Source: the human T2T-CHM13v2.0 reference genome, Homo sapiens. From it: a stretch of 64,000 nt of DNA. A program made the translations under genes and the position numbers. Shown in pieces: positions 60,241 to 64,000 of this stretch; positions within the stretch are counted from its first letter, which is position 1; each line of letters starts with the position of its first letter. Location of the stretch: the NCBI RefSeq assembly GCF_009914755.1, contig NC_060929.1. One strand, written 5' to 3'. Below the pieces are notes generated by a model. The model was not told the origin of the DNA and made no database searches. It saw only the letters and a program-made list of their open reading frames with translations.

Positions 60241-60447
60241 ATGCCTTTGAGTAATGGACAGATGGGCCAGCCTCTCAGGCCTCAGGCAAATTATAGTCAA
60301 ATACATCACCCCCCTCAGGCATCTGTGGCAAGGCATCCCTCTAGAGAACAACTAATTGATTACTTGATGCTGAAAGTGGCCCACCAGCCTCCATATACAC
60401 AGCCCCATTGTTCTCCTAGACAAGGCCATGAACTGGCAAAACAAGAG
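60241..60447 (+). CDS. ERBIN: ERBIN exon, 69 aa (MPLSNGQ...LAKQE), skippable in frame
   Basis: tcttag acceptor, GAG|gtaaga donor, 207 nt. Confidence 0.95.
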
Positions 60448-61532
60448 GTAAGAATAATCAAGACTATTTGAAATATGGGACTAAGCTTTTTATGTATTTT
60501 TATAGGTTACTTAATTATTAGTAAATCCATACAGAATATTAACGTAGTTATTACCATTTAAAGTTTTATTTTTATGTTACGTTTATAAGGCGTTAAACTT
60601 GGTAATTTTTATTTGACTTTGTGATCATGTAACATAGGATTTAGTATTTTGGGCATGATTTATTTATTCTGATACAGTTTCTTTACCAAAACTGGTTGAT
60701 ACTACAGTAGTCAGACATTCCTTAAGAATATAAATAGGAGACCATTAAGCTGAAATTGTTCTGTGACACTTAAAATCTTAATTCCTTAGATTTTGAAATT
60801 TGACTACAGACTTCAAACTACTTTGAGTATTTAATCTTAAAAAGTACTTTAAAAGTCAGCGAGCTACACATTCTTATATCTTGATAGTTATTAATAAAAT
60901 GATAATATTAGAAAGGTAGAGATCAAATGCTTTATTCATTTTGGTTGTGTCTCTGGTGAAAGGGAGTGTTTTATAACACAGTTTTAATTCTTGCATCTTT
61001 TTTTTTAGCTTGGTTATAAAAACTCTCAATTGGTCATGTTTTAAAATCCCAACTCCTTTGAAGCCTTTAAACAGATTTGATAAATAAAGAGTTAGTATCA
61101 TAAAACCACCAGTGGATCTTTTAGATATCTTATGTAACAAGCCACTAAACAGAGATACTGTGTAATTTAGATGTCCCACAAGTGGAAACTGATAATAATA
61201 TACATGTTTTGTGTTTATGTACTATGTCATATAAAATCTGTGACGTCTAAAAAGTAAAACAGGGTCAATATTAATTGATTCCTTATCCTCATAAGACAAG
61301 CAATAAAATTAGGAGCTATGCTTTATATAATCCCAGCTCTGCCTTTAACTCACTAACTCATTAACATAATATTCTATGTTGTATTTCACTTCATCTGACC
61401 AAATATTTATTTTTGATGAATTCTTATGTTTATGTTTGCTTGGACTTAACCAATCAGTATTTAAATATGGATGTTGTTGCATTATAACTTTTTCTGAAAT
61501 AGTAAGTTTCCTTTATTTTCATATTAACTCAG

Positions 61533-61625
61533 ATTCGAGTGAGGGTTGAAAAGGATCCAGAACTTGGATTTAGCATATCAGGTGGTGTCGGGGGTAGAGG
61601 AAACCCATTCAGACCTGATGATGAT
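61533..61625 (+). CDS. ERBIN: ERBIN PDZ exon 1 ([31 protein letters not shown])
   Basis: actcag acceptor, GAT|gtaagt donor; GLGF-type loop ELGF. Confidence 0.96.
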
Positions 61626-62091
61626 GTAAGTTTTCTTTGTATATTCTTGAAACACCTATAAAGTTTTATTTACCGATTGAATACTTAAATGTAAGTGAAA
61701 ATCTAATAGATGTTTATGTAAATCTAGGTAGACATCACCTGGATTCCCCACTCTATTGCTTACCTTTTTGTTTTGTAATTTGATCAGTTCAAGTTAAAAC
61801 AATTTAACCAAAAACTATGAATGTTTATGATATAATGAAATGATTTTTAACTTTCTTATTGCTTTTTCACACACCTATAAAAGTAATTTTATTACTCTCA
61901 AGAGAAATCACTAAAGTCAGAATTACTAGAGGTAAAAATAACTAGTTTGTTACAGTATTACTCAGAGAAGTCAGGGAGAAAACTTGTACCATGATTCAAA
62001 TATTTGCATGGTGTGGAGGAAAAATTGCTCCTTGGTACTCTGTTATTTATACATACTGTTTTTAGTTAAATAATTTTTTTTGTTGTTAAAG

Positions 62092-62166
62092 GGTATATTT
62101 GTAACAAGGGTACAACCTGAAGGACCAGCATCAAAATTACTGCAGCCAGGTGATAAAATTATTCAG
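62092..62166 (+). CDS. ERBIN: ERBIN PDZ exon 2 ([25 protein letters not shown])
   Basis: ttaaag acceptor, CAG|gtaatt donor, 75 nt. Confidence 0.96.
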
Positions 62167-62260
62167 GTAATTAAAATAAATCTTTTTTTTTTTCATTTTA
62201 TAACACTCTAATGTTTTCACAGTTTAAAATGTTTTCACTTTAACTTTGAAAATTGTGGGT

Positions 62261-62386
62261 GGGAGGCTGAGGCAGGAGAATGGCGTGAACCCGGGAGGCG
62301 GCACTTGCAGCGAGCCGAGATCGCGCCACTGTACTCCAGCCTGGGCGACAGAGCGAGACTCTGTCTCAAAAAAAAAAAAAAAAAAA
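62261..62386 (+). mobile_element. 5'-truncated AluY (right arm only)
   Basis: GAATGGCGTGAACCCGGGAGGCGG AluY diagnostic, CpG-rich, pure poly(A). Confidence 0.9.
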
Positions 62387-62972
62387 GTTTGATACATCAT
62401 AGGATTTTGTTTAAGCTCAGGAATGTTAATTTTTACTAATTTGAGGGGGATTAGAGTACCACTTCTTGGATGTGGGCTATTGTCCTTTCAGAAATGGAGA
62501 AGAAAAATTTTAAATCTGCGAAACTCATTTTTTCCTGTCCCCTCCTTTTCTTTGTTCATTCAGCTACTCATTTTACCTAAACACTTACAGTCTTAGAAGG
62601 AAGACAAACCTAGGACACAAGTATAGCTCTCATTTTCTACCCCTACTGTCACCGTTCTTAGCTGAGAACTAAAGAACTTAAAAAATAATCCTCAAACCAA
62701 AAAAAAAGGGAGAGAGAGACATTAATGTCTAATAGCTGAAAGTACAGATTCTGAAAGCCAGACTGCCTGAGTTTAAATTCTGGTCCCAACACTTTCTAAA
62801 AATAAAACTAATTAAAAAAAATTTTTTTTGAATAATTTTAAGCTTAGAAAAAAGCCACAAAAATACTACAACAAACACCAGTATTACATCAATTGGTCAC
62901 CAGTCGTTCATAATTTGCTACATTGTCTTTATCATTTATTCTCCTCTTTCTTCTCTTTTTCTCCCTCCCTCC

Positions 62973-62975
<3 letters not shown>

Positions 62976-63016
<41 letters not shown>

Positions 63017-63026
63017 ACACACACAC
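62976..63026. repeat. (CA)n microsatellite
   Basis: Visible directly. Confidence 0.95.
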
Positions 63027-63639
63027 AGTCACACTCACTCATACAGTTATACACATTTATTTTTCTGAACCATTTGGGTTTCAATTTGTGACTGAGCAAG
63101 TTACTTTGCCTCTCCATGCCTGGGCTTTCTCTTCTCTAAAATAAGATAGTGAAAGAATCTTTTTTGAGCATTATGAGAATCAAAGGATCTAATTCATATT
63201 ACACCCTTAGAATTGTGTGTTTGGTACACAGTAGAACCTCAGTAAATATTAAGCTTAATTGTAAGAAATATGGTGGTCTTGATGTGATGGCTCCAAGACA
63301 ATGGGAAGAGTAGCCCTTGCCCCCTGCTACGCTACAGTTTGGTCACCTCAGATACACATTAGCATTATACGACACCATGTCTGACATTATTTCTTAAGTA
63401 AGTGATTTCTAACATTGGGCTGCTACATAAGAATTGGCTGAGAAGTTGGACAAAATACACATTTTTAGACCCCATCTTCAGAGACTTTATTCCTTGGTTT
63501 GGGTAGGGCCTGTGAATCTGTATGTTATTTTAAGTTGCCAAAGTGATTCTTATTTTCTTCCAAGTTTGTGAACTACTTGGCAGAAATGCAAATAAATAAC
63601 TATAAAATGTTTTTCCTAAAAGCATTTTTCCTCTTCTAG

Positions 63640-63747
63640 GCTAATGGCTACAGTTTTATAAATATTGAACATGGACAAGCAGTGTCCTTGCTAAAAACTT
63701 TCCAGAATACAGTTGAACTCATCATTGTACGAGAAGTTTCCTCATAA
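63640..63747 (+). CDS. ERBIN: ERBIN last coding exon ([15 protein letters not shown]...VREVSS*)
   Basis: ttctag acceptor; TAA at 63745-63747. Confidence 0.96.
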   Translation, partial: ANGYSFINIEHGQAVSLLKTFQNTVELIIVREVSS

Positions 63748-64000
63748 GCACTGTGGACAAAAAAAGCGGGGAAGACAGCAAGATTTATTGGAAGATACTT
63801 ACAGGGGAAATTAATATTTTGACTATTTTTATATATAAAGAAGAACTCAAAAAATTATGTTCAAATTTGTACATTAATGAAATAATGGAACTTGTGGTTA
63901 GAGGGAAAGAACCACTGTACAGAATATAAAGGAGACTGTTGAATTCATACCATATAAAACTTGTTAGGTTTTTAAACATAGCAATCAAGGCTACAAAAAC
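63748..64000 (+). other. ERBIN: ERBIN 3'UTR (start)
   Basis: AT-rich sequence after the stop codon. Confidence 0.9.

Noticed and set aside
62923-63144. THTHTH / VCVCVC ORFs
   Set aside because: Translations of the (CA)n microsatellite

Overview
Primate (human or great-ape) genomic DNA covering the 3' two-thirds of ERBIN (ERBB2IP, LAP family: LRR + PDZ) on the + strand. I read 21 coding exons directly, all with GT-AG boundaries and consistent phases. They run from mid-LRR (R159) through the 1546-bp exon and three symmetric cassette exons to the PDZ exons and the stop at 63747. The introns hold about 20 Alus, old L1M/L2 fragments, DNA transposon fossils and microsatellites. One full-length, dead L1PA3/4-like element (42784-48916) is inserted antisense between the LRR/linker exons and the PDZ exons. 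The most interesting signal is in that L1. Its antisense promoter faces the PDZ exons, its ORF0 stays open for 154 aa, and a strong CAG|GTGAGG donor sits exactly in phase 0, in frame with all downstream ERBIN acceptors. An antisense poly(A) signal is also retained. Together these form a candidate gene-breaking arrangement giving an LRR-only transcript and an ORF0-PDZ fusion. This is inference; expression cannot be shown from sequence.
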